Shown here piece by piece: positions 8,809-18,200 of a DNA stretch of 24,000 nucleotides. Position 1 is the stretch's first letter. Every line of letters starts with the position of its first letter. Source of the stretch: Candidatus Izemoplasma sp. (GTDB taxonomy: Bacteria > Bacillota_I > Bacilli_A > Izemoplasmatales > Izemoplasmataceae); assembly GCA_041554935.1 (NCBI GenBank), contig JBFFLJ010000010.1, positions 14,540-38,539 of the forward strand, read 5' to 3'. The notes below the pieces were generated by a model. The model made no database searches. It was given only the letters and a program-made list of their open reading frames with translations, and was not told the DNA's origin. Position numbers and translations under genes: made by a program.

Positions 8809-9684
8809 ATGACAAACGATCAAATAATTTTAGAAGTATGTATTGATGTATTTCAATGTAATAAAGACGATATCATTATCGATAAACGATTAATGGGCGG
8901 AATGAGTAACTATACCTATATCGTCGCTATCAAAGGTCAAAAATATACATTCCGTATTCCGGGTAAAAAAGCTGAAATGTATGTTGACCGTACAGTTGAA
9001 AAATATCACATTGAAATGGTAGAATCACTTGATCTAAATAGCGAAGTTGTGTATCTAGATTTAGAAAAAGGATATAAAATCGCTCACTATATCGAAGGAA
9101 CACCACTCAATGAATTAAACCCAACTGATTACTTAGAAGAAGTATCAAACGTTCTTCATAAACTTCACAGTTCAGGAATGAAAAGTAAATATCCTTATAA
9201 TCCATTAGAACGACTCGCGAAATATGAAAGCTATACTTTTGAGTTTGGATTTCAACATAGCGAACGATATCAATCATTAAAAGCGAAACTTTTAGGTTAT
9301 GCTTCCACCCTGATTCAGCCGAGTGAATACGTCTTTACTCATGGTGATTGTCAAGCTTCAAATTTTGTGAAAACACCTGACGGAATTAAATTGATGGATT
9401 GGGAATTTTCAGGGAACAATGATCCATTATATGATATCGCGTGTTTTGGAGATTTTGTATATGAATATGCCCTAAAACTATTACCGGTATATTTAGGAAA
9501 AGAACCTTCGGTATTAGAGTGGAACAAAGTGTACTTCTACATGGCATTTCAAGCACTGCAGTGGCATAACGTTGCAATGTACAAGGAATTCATTGGATTA
9601 AGCATTGATTTAGGGTTTGATTTTGTCAAAATTGCCGACGATTATTTAGATGATGCTACCCTGTTTTTGAACTCAATTAAATAG
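8809..9684 (+). CDS. Choline/ethanolamine-kinase / aminoglycoside-phosphotransferase-family small-molecule kinase (LicA-like)
   Basis: 291 aa. Brenner-type catalytic motif HGDCQASNFV, followed by the choline-kinase-type motif LMDWEFSGNNDPLYDIACF. RBS TAGGAGG; 11 nt after the preceding stop, so probably co-transcribed. The substrate cannot be told from sequence alone. Confidence 0.8.
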   Translation: MTNDQIILEVCIDVFQCNKDDIIIDKRLMGGMSNYTYIVAIKGQKYTFRIPGKKAEMYVDRTVEKYHIEMVESLDLNSEVVYLDLEKGYKIAHYIEGTPLNELNPTDYLEEVSNVLHKLHSSGMKSKYPYNPLERLAKYESYTFEFGFQHSERYQSLKAKLLGYASTLIQPSEYVFTHGDCQASNFVKTPDGIKLMDWEFSGNNDPLYDIACFGDFVYEYALKLLPVYLGKEPSVLEWNKVYFYMAFQALQWHNVAMYKEFIGLSIDLGFDFVKIADDYLDDATLFLNSIK

Positions 9685-9710
9685 CCAGTTTATAAACTGG
9701 CTTTTATATT
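9684..9710 (+). terminator. Rho-independent terminator after the kinase gene
   Basis: 18-nt perfect palindrome gccagtttataaactggc (9684-9701, overlapping the stop codon), followed by ttttatatttt. Confidence 0.75.
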
Positions 9711-9725
9711 TTAATAAAGAGAAAA

Positions 9726-9739
9726 TGTAAATGGTTTCA
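9726..9739 (+). promoter_or_regulatory. cre-like box upstream of the PFOR promoter (weak call)
   Basis: TGTAAATGGTTTCA matches TGWAANCGNTNWCA at 13/14 positions, but the mismatch is in the central CG (TG here). It lies ~27 nt upstream of the -35. Confidence 0.25.
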
Positions 9740-9765
9740 TTCGAAAAATAAATACGCTTATAATA

Positions 9766-9794
9766 TTGTAATATTATATAAAATGTTTTATAAT
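9766..9794 (+). promoter_or_regulatory. Sigma-A promoter of the pyruvate:ferredoxin oxidoreductase gene
   Basis: TTGTAA (9766-9771), exactly 17-nt spacer, TATAAT (9789-9794). This leaves a ~55-nt leader to RBS GGAGG and the ATG at 9855. Confidence 0.6.
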
Positions 9795-9854
9795 CTAAAA
9801 CGTATGACGAAAATAGTTTAAAAATTTAGAAATATAAATTGGAGGTATGTCATA

Positions 9855-12800
9855 ATGGCAAAAAAAGTATTCCAATCGATGGATGGAAACCAAGCTGCTG
9901 CACACGTTGCTTATGCATTCACAGAAGTTGCTGGTATTTATCCTATCACACCATCTTCACCGATGGCAGAATACACAGATTTATGGGCATCTCAAGGTAA
10001 GAAAAACTTATTTGGAATGCCAGTAAAAGTAATTGAAATGCAATCAGAAGCGGGAGCTGCTGGAACTGTTCATGGTTCTTTACAAGCTGGTGCATTAACA
10101 ACTACTTACACAGCTTCACAAGGGTTACTTTTAAAATTACCAAACATGTATAAAATTGCTGGTGAATTATTACCAGGTGTTATCCATGTTGCTGCTAGAA
10201 GTATTGCAGTTCAAGCATTAAGTATTTTTGGTGATCACCAAGATGTTATGGCTGCAAGACAAACAGGATTCGCAATTTTATCAAGTGGATCTGTACAAGA
10301 GGTAATGGATCTTGGAGCGGTTGCACATTTATCTGCAATCAAATCAAGTATTCCATTCTTACATTTCTTTGATGGGTTTAGAACTTCTCATGAAGTAAAT
10401 AAAGTTGAAGTAATGGATTACGAAGATTTAGACAAATTACTTGATCGTGATGCAGTAACTGCATTCCGTAAAAGAGCATTAAATTCAACAAATCCTGTAA
10501 CTAGAGGATCAGCACAAAACGACGACGTATATATGCAAGCTCGTGAAATCCAAGACAAATATTATGATAAAGTACCTGCAATTGTTGCAGAATACTTATC
10601 AGAAATCAGCAAAATTACTGGTCGTAATTACGCTCCATTTGTATACTATGGTGCAGAAGATGCAACTGACGTTATTATCGCAATGGGTTCTGTAACTGAA
10701 GCGATTGAAGAAACTGTAGATTACTTACAAAAAGAAGGACGTAAAGTTGGATTATTAACTGTTCATTTATATCGTCCATTCAGCATTGAATATTTCTTAA
10801 ACGCTATGCCAAAAACAGTAGAACGTATTTCAGTCTTAGAACGTACAAAAGAATCAGGAAGTATTGGAGAACCACTATTACTAGATATTAAATCAGTATA
10901 TTATGGAACCGATAAAACTCCTGAAATCTTTGGTGGACGTTACGGATTGTCTTCAAAAGATACAACTCCTGGACAAATCAAAGCGGTTTATGACAACATG
11001 ATCGGTGCTAAAAAACAACGTTTCACAATCGGAATCGTTGATGATGTAAACTTTACTTCTTTACCAAATGATGAAATTGATACACAACCGGAAGGAACAA
11101 CAGAATTATTGTTCTTCGGATTTGGTAGTGATGGTACTGTAGGAGCATCGAAAAATACAATCAAAATAATTGGTGAGAATACAGACTTGTACGGTCAAGC
11201 ATATTCATCATATGACTCTAAAAAATCAGGTGGAGTTACACGTATGCATTTACGTTTTGGACAAGTTCCAATTCGTTCAACATACTTAGTATCACAACCT
11301 CACTTTGTTTCTTGTTCGAAAGATTCTTATTTAACACAATATGATATGGTAAATGGACTTCGTAAAGGTGGAACATTCTTATTAAATACAATTGTTCCTG
11401 CTGAAGAAGTAGAAGAACTATTACCAAATAATGTTAAAAAACAATTGGCTGAAAAAGAAGCGAAGTTATATATTATTAACGCAGTAAAATTAGCTGAAGA
11501 AGCTGGACTTGGTGTTATGATAAATACTATTATGCAAAGTGCATTCTTTGCATTAAACCAACAAATCATACCTTCTGCTGAAGCAGTAAAATTGATGAAA
11601 AAATATGCTGAAAAAGCATATGGACGTAAAGGTCAAACTATCGTTGATAAAAACTACAAAGCAATTGATGCTGGACAACATGGTTTGGTTGAAGTAAAAG
11701 TAGATCCTGCATGGGCAAATTTAACTGTTAAAGTTGAAAAAGAAGATTCAGATCTACCACATTTCGTTAAAACATTAGCAATTCCAGTTAATGAAATTAA
11801 AGGATATGATTTACCTGTTTCAGCATTTACAGGTTATGAAGATGGAACAATGGATAATGGTGGTACTGCATATGAAAAACGTGGTATCGCAAACTATGTC
11901 CCTGAATGGATCCAAGATAACTGTATTCAATGTAACCAATGTGCTTTCAGTTGTCCTCATGCTGTTATTCGTCCATTCTTATTAACAGAAGAAGAAATGG
12001 CAAATGCACCTGAAGGATTAAAAACAAAAGATGCTGTTGGTAAAGGCTTAACAGGATTACAATATAAAATTCAAATTTCTACATTAGATTGTACTGGTTG
12101 TGGAGTTTGTGTTGAAGTATGTCCTGCAAAAACAAAAGCATTAAAAATGTCACCAATTCATGAAGAAATTGAAAAAGGTGAAATCAAAAACTCAGAATAC
12201 TTATTCAATGAAGTTACTTATAAAGATAACCTAGTTGAAAAAAATAACGCGAAAAACTCACAATTTGCAAAACCATTATTTGAATTCAGTGGTGCTTGTG
12301 CGGGATGTGGAGAAACTCCATATATCAAATTGGCAACACAATTATTTGGTGGAAGAATGCAAATCGCAAATGCAACAGGATGTTCAAGTATCTATGGTGC
12401 ATCATTCCCAGCGACTCCTTATACAACTTTAGATAATGGTCGTGGACCTGCATGGGCAAACAGTTTATTTGAAGACAATGCTGAATTTGGTTATGGTATG
12501 TACCATGCGAACCAAGCATTGCGTGATCATTTACACAATATCTTCGTTGACAACAAAGACAAAGTTTCTCCAGATGTAAGTAAATTATTTACAACATGGT
12601 TAGATAACCGTGAAGATGGGGAAAAATCACTTGAAGTATACAATCAATTAATGCCTTTGATTGAAAACTCTAACGAAGAATATGCCAAAGAAATTAAAGA
12701 ATTATCAAACTACATCGTGAAACAAAGTAATTGGATTATCGGTGGAGATGGATGGGCTTACGATATTGGATATGGTGGATTAGACCATGTTATCGCAAAC

Positions 12801-13391
12801 CGCGATAACGTAAATATCTTAGTATTAGATACTGAGGTTTACTCTAACACTGGTGGACAATCAAGTAAATCAGCTCCAACAGGTTCAATCGCTAAATTTA
12901 CTGCAAGTGGTAAAACTGGTAAGAAAAAAGACCTTGCTGCAATCGCAATGAGTTATGGACATGTTTATGTTGCTCAAGTATCACATGGTGCTTCTCAACA
13001 ACAAGTCTTAAAAGCATTTAAAGAAGCAGAAAGCTATGATGGACCATCATTAATTATTGCATACTCACCATGTATCGCACATAAAATTAAAGGTGGATTA
13101 ACAAATTCACAAAATGAAGCAAAACTTGCTACAGAATGTGGATACTGGCCAACCTTCAGATTCGATCCTCGTTTAGAACCACAAGGTAAAAACCCATTCA
13201 CAATTGACTCAAAACCTCCAAAATGGGAACTATACAAAGACTTCTTATTAAACGAAGCTCGTTACTCACAATTACTGGACATAAATCCAGACAAAGCAGA
13301 AATGTTATTTGCTGCGAACTTACAAGAAGCACAACGTAAATACAAAATGTATCTACGATATGCTCAAATGAATTACGAAACAAACGAATAG
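9855..13391 (+). CDS. nifJ: Pyruvate:ferredoxin (flavodoxin) oxidoreductase, single-polypeptide type
   Basis: 1178 aa. The N-terminus MDGNQAAAHVAYAFTEVAGIYPITPSSPMAE is typical of the family. Two 4Fe-4S ferredoxin motifs (CIQCNQCAFSCP, CTGCGVCVEVCP), an extra cluster motif (CAGCGETPY), and the TPP-binding GGDGWAYDIGYGGLDHV ... DTEVYSNTGGQSSK. Own promoter and terminator. Confidence 0.95.
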   Translation: MAKKVFQSMDGNQAAAHVAYAFTEVAGIYPITPSSPMAEYTDLWASQGKKNLFGMPVKVIEMQSEAGAAGTVHGSLQAGALTTTYTASQGLLLKLPNMYKIAGELLPGVIHVAARSIAVQALSIFGDHQDVMAARQTGFAILSSGSVQEVMDLGAVAHLSAIKSSIPFLHFFDGFRTSHEVNKVEVMDYEDLDKLLDRDAVTAFRKRALNSTNPVTRGSAQNDDVYMQAREIQDKYYDKVPAIVAEYLSEISKITGRNYAPFVYYGAEDATDVIIAMGSVTEAIEETVDYLQKEGRKVGLLTVHLYRPFSIEYFLNAMPKTVERISVLERTKESGSIGEPLLLDIKSVYYGTDKTPEIFGGRYGLSSKDTTPGQIKAVYDNMIGAKKQRFTIGIVDDVNFTSLPNDEIDTQPEGTTELLFFGFGSDGTVGASKNTIKIIGENTDLYGQAYSSYDSKKSGGVTRMHLRFGQVPIRSTYLVSQPHFVSCSKDSYLTQYDMVNGLRKGGTFLLNTIVPAEEVEELLPNNVKKQLAEKEAKLYIINAVKLAEEAGLGVMINTIMQSAFFALNQQIIPSAEAVKLMKKYAEKAYGRKGQTIVDKNYKAIDAGQHGLVEVKVDPAWANLTVKVEKEDSDLPHFVKTLAIPVNEIKGYDLPVSAFTGYEDGTMDNGGTAYEKRGIANYVPEWIQDNCIQCNQCAFSCPHAVIRPFLLTEEEMANAPEGLKTKDAVGKGLTGLQYKIQISTLDCTGCGVCVEVCPAKTKALKMSPIHEEIEKGEIKNSEYLFNEVTYKDNLVEKNNAKNSQFAKPLFEFSGACAGCGETPYIKLATQLFGGRMQIANATGCSSIYGASFPATPYTTLDNGRGPAWANSLFEDNAEFGYGMYHANQALRDHLHNIFVDNKDKVSPDVSKLFTTWLDNREDGEKSLEVYNQLMPLIENSNEEYAKEIKELSNYIVKQSNWIIGGDGWAYDIGYGGLDHVIANRDNVNILVLDTEVYSNTGGQSSKSAPTGSIAKFTASGKTGKKKDLAAIAMSYGHVYVAQVSHGASQQQVLKAFKEAESYDGPSLIIAYSPCIAHKIKGGLTNSQNEAKLATECGYWPTFRFDPRLEPQGKNPFTIDSKPPKWELYKDFLLNEARYSQLLDINPDKAEMLFAANLQEAQRKYKMYLRYAQMNYETNE

Positions 13392-13395
13392 TAAT

Positions 13396-13428
13396 AAAAA
13401 TCGAGATTGAAAAATATCTCGATTTTTT
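13396..13428 (+). terminator. Rho-independent terminator of nifJ
   Basis: atcgagat (13400-13407) / atctcgat (13416-13423) with flanking A and T extension, followed by a T6 run. It begins 5 nt after the stop. Confidence 0.8.
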
Positions 13429-13429
13429 A

Positions 13430-13458
13430 TTGCATTTTAAAATGTAAGCGTTTATAAT
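13430..13458 (+). promoter_or_regulatory. Sigma-A promoter of the mgtC-SGNH operon with an overlapping cre-like box
   Basis: TTGCAT (13430-13435), 17-nt spacer, TATAAT (13453-13458). TGTAAGCGTTTATA (13443-13456) matches the cre consensus TGWAANCGNTNWCA at 13/14 and spans the spacer and the -10. Confidence 0.5.
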
Positions 13459-13490
13459 AAAAGGTTACAAACTGGAAAGAAGGTAATATT

Positions 13491-13967
13491 ATGGACAAAA
13501 CAATCGATTTATTGTACATTGTACAGAGTCTTGGACTTACAATATTGTTTGTAGGACTTATCGGATTCGAACGTGAGCGAAAACATAAAATCGCGGGTTT
13601 GACAACACATATATTAGTTGCTTTAGGTGCATCAGCAATTGCCATTGTTCAAGAAGTAATGTTACAAGACGCAATTGAATTTGCACTATCTCACCCAACA
13701 ATTGTTGTGCAATTAGAACGTCAAAGAATCATAGCTCAAGTTGTTGCTGGAGTAGGTTTCTTAGGAACAGGAGCAATTCTAAAACAAAATGGATCAATCA
13801 GTGGATTAACAACCGCAGCTACATTATGGATTAGTGCGATTATCGGTATTATTTTCGGGACTGGTCAAACTATGTTAGGAATCACCGTCTCTCTACTTGC
13901 ATTAATAATATTAACTGTTGTAAAACGTATCTTTGGAGTAGCGCATGAAGGACATTTTAGCGAATAA
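13491..13967 (+). CDS. mgtC: MgtC/SapB-family integral membrane protein
   Basis: 158 aa and hydrophobic throughout. The family signature near the N-terminus is IGFERERKHKIAGLTTHILVALGAS (compare GxERE...AGxRT). About four predicted TM segments. Confidence 0.85.
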   Translation: MDKTIDLLYIVQSLGLTILFVGLIGFERERKHKIAGLTTHILVALGASAIAIVQEVMLQDAIEFALSHPTIVVQLERQRIIAQVVAGVGFLGTGAILKQNGSISGLTTAATLWISAIIGIIFGTGQTMLGITVSLLALIILTVVKRIFGVAHEGHFSE

Positions 13968-13985
13968 CAGATTGGGGTTTTCATC

Positions 13986-14600
13986 ATGATTAGTAGTTCA
14001 AGAAGACATTATATGCAACGAATGGAAGAAATTAAACAACAAGAAATTACAAAGGAACAAATCGTTTTAGTTGGTGATTGTGTGATAGAGAACATCGACA
14101 TAGAACGCTATTTTCCTGATTTAATTGTGTTTAATAATGGAATCAGCGGGGATACGACAATCCAACTTCAAGAATCATTATATAAACGGGCAATCAAGTA
14201 TAAACCAAAAAAACTCTTTATTTCAATTGGAACAAACGACATTGGAACGGATCATCGCGACGTTAAACAAATATACCAAAATATTATGGATATTTGTTTG
14301 GAACTTAAAAAGCGTACAAAGGATACCGAAATTCACCTCGTTAGTGTAATGACGGTCAACCCTGCAAATATTGATTATATCAATCGTGAATTTGTTGATT
14401 CAAGAGATAATTTTGAAATCAATATGTTAAATTATTATCTAAAGAATTTTGCTCGAAAAAACAAAATTAAGTTTATTGATGTTACTAAAGAGTTAAGTAA
14501 TAACTTCGATCAATTATGTTTGGATTACACATTTGATGGATTTCATCTAAATGAAAGTGGTCTTAGTATTTTAAGTAAATTAATAAGAGAGTATGTTTAA
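13986..14600 (+). CDS. SGNH/GDSL-family hydrolase (esterase/acylhydrolase) with Cys in place of the block-I Ser
   Basis: 204 aa. Block I LVGDCVIE, block II NNGISGDTT, block III ISIGTNDI, block V DGFHLNESG. It starts 18 nt after mgtC with no terminator between. The start codon is uncertain (weak RBS). Confidence 0.8.
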   Translation: MISSSRRHYMQRMEEIKQQEITKEQIVLVGDCVIENIDIERYFPDLIVFNNGISGDTTIQLQESLYKRAIKYKPKKLFISIGTNDIGTDHRDVKQIYQNIMDICLELKKRTKDTEIHLVSVMTVNPANIDYINREFVDSRDNFEINMLNYYLKNFARKNKIKFIDVTKELSNNFDQLCLDYTFDGFHLNESGLSILSKLIREYV

Positions 14601-14617
14601 CATACTCTTTTTTTTAT
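14588..14617 (+). terminator. Rho-independent terminator of the mgtC-SGNH operon
   Basis: agagtatg (14588-14595) / catactct (14601-14608) with loop tttaa that includes the stop codon, followed by a T9-10 run. Confidence 0.8.
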
Positions 14618-15085
14618 GCAAAAAAACAACGTTCTAATCGATATATTACAAGCCTTTTGAGACGATAAATATGATTGACCACTTTTTAAAAATGCATCAT
14701 ACTATTTAAGATGACTCATTTCGTTTATAATATAATATATAGCAATGATACTCATTTATGAATGATTTTCACAAAATATCACAGATAAATTTTTGATTAT
14801 TTTGTTGATAATTCAAATCGAATAATAAGATGAGTAATCTAAAACAAATGGATTTAAAATAGGATTGATGAAAAAGACGACGATGATTATGGACTTGAAA
14901 TAGGAAATATATCATTGTTGTTTTTATTTTCACCCACAATTATTATAGATTTAAAGATTTCTTTTTTATAATTTTTTTATAAAGAATCAAACGAAAACTC
15001 ATTCGCTACTTTTTACAAAATCGCTTATTAACAAGAAGAAACAAACGAAAACCGTTAAAATTCACTTATTACCCTTATTTGTAGA

Positions 15086-15134
15086 TGTAAGCGATTTTAG
15101 AAAACGTTTTAGAAAATTATTGAAAACGATTTCG
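15086..15134 (+). promoter_or_regulatory. Array of three CG-centred LacI/CcpA-type operator boxes
   Basis: TGTAAGCGATTTTA (15086-15099; 13/14 to cre TGWAANCGNTNWCA). AGAAAACGTTTTAG (15099-15112; perfect 10-bp palindrome AAAACGTTTT). TGAAAACGATTTCG (15121-15134; 13/14 to cre). The last box overlaps the -35 of the predicted promoter. Confidence 0.5.
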
Positions 15135-15148
15135 TAGTATGCTATACT
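15120..15148 (+). promoter_or_regulatory. Sigma-A promoter of the multi-CBM lipoprotein gene
   Basis: TTGAAA (15120-15125), 17-nt spacer, TATACT (15143-15148) preceded by TGc (extended -10). This leaves a ~105-nt leader to RBS AGGAGGAG and the ATG at 15263. Confidence 0.6.
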
Positions 15149-15262
15149 TGAACCGTATTAAAGGAAAAATACCTTATATTCATTTGGTAGGTACCACAAT
15201 TCATTACTTATTACAGTTTTTAAAAGAAAGAAAAAATATAAATTAGGAGGAGTCAAAAGTTT

Positions 15263-18200
15263 ATGAAAAAAGTATTATTATTTGTATCTACGCTACTTTT
15301 AGTATTTACAATTGCTGGTTGTAAACCAGAAGAAGTTGTTCCTGTGACTGGACTAACATCAGTTACTTTAAGTGGATTTAGTGATCAAGAATTTGAAAAA
15401 GGGGCTGTAGTTAATGTATTTGATGGTGTTGTTGCTACTGGTAGCGACGGGGTTGACTATTCAGATTCAATTACAGCTGCGTCTGACAATTGTACTATTG
15501 CTTCTGATGGTGTTTTAGATACATCAAATGGTAGAGCATGTATCGTTGTTTATTCAGTTGTAGTTGAAGGTAAATTAGACCGTCAAACTGCAACATTTAC
15601 AATTACTGTTCCAACTGTTATTGTTGATGAAAATGCACCACTTGTTAAAGGGTGGACATTTGACACAGAAGCTGACTTAGTTGGTTGGGCGAAATTCGAA
15701 GCTGGCGGAGGAAGTGTTACTGCTTCAATTGAGACCGAAACTTTGAAATTAGAAATCATTTCTGGTGGACAACCACATGAATCACGTTATTCATTTATGG
15801 GTGTACCACTTGTTGGTGGCGAAGATTATGTTGTAAAATTTAAAGCCAAATCAAGCGTTGCTGATAAAAAGGTTAATCTACAAATTGGGGAATTATTACC
15901 TGCTCCTACATACTTTGAAGATTTTAAACCTGATCAAGACGACATAATTACATTAACAACAGAATGGGCTGATTATTCTTATTCATTCACAATGCCTTCA
16001 ACAAATGTTAATGGTGGTCCATTATTCGGAATGGGTAACATTCCAGATAGTGTTGGAATCGACTGTACTATATGGATTGATGATTTAGAAATCCGTGGTG
16101 GAAGCGATGAGGATAATTTAGATCCTACAATTACTGGTGCTGATGATCTTACAATCTTTATTGGAGATGTAACTTCATTTGTCGCAACAGAAGGTGTCAC
16201 TGCAATGGATTATCCTGATACTGATTTAACAAGTGCAATTATAATTGGTGGAGACACTGTTGACGTTACTGTTGCTGATGTATATGTAGTAACTTATACT
16301 GTTACAGACGCTGCATCAAACACTAAAGTTGTAAATCGTACTGTTACTGTATTAGAAGATACAGAAGGTCCTGTTATTACTGGAGTTGACGCTGTAGTCT
16401 TAACTGTTGGTTCTTCATTTGATGATTTAGATGGAGTTGTTGCTACAGATAATAGAGATGGTGATGTTACTGGAGATATCATTGTAAGTGGAGACACTGT
16501 TGATACAAATGTTGCTGATATTTATACTGTTACTTATACAGTAGAAGATGCTTTAGGGAACATTACTACAGTAGACCGTTTGGTAACAATTACTGCAATG
16601 ATTTGGGATCCTGCTGACTTAGTATTAAATGGTGACTTTGATGAACTTCAATGGTATGCATGGTTCGGAGATCAATGGAGTGGATATACAGATTCAAGTG
16701 CTTCTGTAGTTGAAGGAGCATTAAATGTTATAGTAAGTTATGATGAAACTCAAACATTCCCAACACATGCAACACAAGTATATCAAGAAGGATTTGCTGT
16801 TGAAAATGGTAAATTCTACAGAATTTCATTTATGGCAAAAGCTGATGCAGCTAAAGATATTATTGTAGCATTTGGTGATGCATTAGATGCGGATCCGTGG
16901 TTTACAAATTATGTTGCTAAAACAACAAAAAGTTTAACTACTGAATATGCGTTATATACAATCGAGTTTGAAATGACAGAAACTACAACAACAGATCAAG
17001 GTAAACTAGTATTTGAACTTGCTACTGCTGTAGAAACTACTGTCTATATTGATGACGTTATGATTGAAGAAATCGACGCATTAGGTGGAACTGTAGTTAC
17101 GGATACTGATCAAGTTGTTAATGGTGATTTCGCATTGACAAACACTTCTGAATGGGGTGGATGGTTCGGTGACGAATGGATTGGATATACAACTTCAAGT
17201 ATTAACGCAGACGATGGTGTATTAAATGTTGTTGTTGCTGGGTTACTTGATACTCAACCTTCACATGCAACACAAGTATACCAAGAAGGAATGGCGTTCG
17301 AACATGGACAAACATACCGTGTAACATTTAAAGCGTATGCTGAAGCAGTACGTCAAATGAATGTTAATATTGGAGATGCACTTGATGCTGATCCATGGTT
17401 TATTAAATTTATGGATACTGCTGTTATCGATTTAACAACAGATCTTCAAGAATTTGAAATCATCTTTACATTTACTGGTGAATCAACTTTAGATCAAGGT
17501 AAATTAGTATTTGAACTAGGAGCTATTGGTGGTGTTGCCGTTAATACAACTGTTCATATTGATGATGTAAATATTGAAGTATTACGACAAGACGAAGTTC
17601 TTCAAAATGAAGATTTCGAAGACATTGGTTGGACTGGTTGGTTCGGGGACCAATGGAGTGGATATACTGATTCATCGATTGCTGTCGTTGATGGGGCATT
17701 AAACGTTGTCGTAAGTTATGATGAAACTCAAACATTCCCAACACATGCAACACAAGTATATCAAGAAGGATTCGCTGTTGAAAATGGTAAATTCTACAGA
17801 ATTTCATTTATGGCAAAAGCTGATGCAGCTAAAGATATTATTGTAGCATTTGGTGATGCATTAGATTATGATCCATGGTTTACAAATTATGCTGTAAAAA
17901 CAACAAAATCATTAACAACAGAATATGTACTTTATACAATCGAATTTGAAATGACAGAACCTACAACAACAGATCAAGGAAAATTAGTATTTGAACTTGC
18001 TACTGCTGTAGAAACTACAGTGTATATTGATAATGTTATGGTTGAAGAAATCGATGCATTAGGTGGAACTGTAGTTACAGATACTGATCAAGTTATTAAC
18101 GGAACATTTGAAGAAGCTCTTGAATGGGGTGCATGGTTCGGTGACGAATATGCTGGTTATACATCTTCAAGTGCATCAGTTGTAAATGGTGTATTGGAAG

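Noticed and set aside
13459-13490. Possibility of an Mg2+ (M-box) riboswitch or leader peptide upstream of mgtC.
   Set aside because: The distance from the predicted -10 to the ATG is only ~30 nt. That is far too short for an M-box (~160 nt) or a regulatory leader ORF.
14618-15085. Small ORFs in the long AT-rich spacer on the + strand: 14711-14761 (MTHFVYNIIYSNDTHL) and a ~36-nt ORF starting near 14869 (MKKTTMIMDLK). On the minus strand there is a ~49-codon ORF. I also considered whether the spacer could be a decayed regulator gene.
   Set aside because: There are no convincing ribosome-binding sites, stop codons are dense in all frames, and no recognisable protein motif appears. I cannot distinguish these ORFs from chance in ~25% GC DNA. 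The region is reported only as unexplained non-coding sequence.
15155-15262. Possible riboswitch or T-box in the ~105-nt leader of the lipoprotein gene.
   Set aside because: I see only short trivial hairpins (aagg-aaaaata-cctt; the ggtacc palindrome). There is no conserved riboswitch core or terminator/antiterminator pair.
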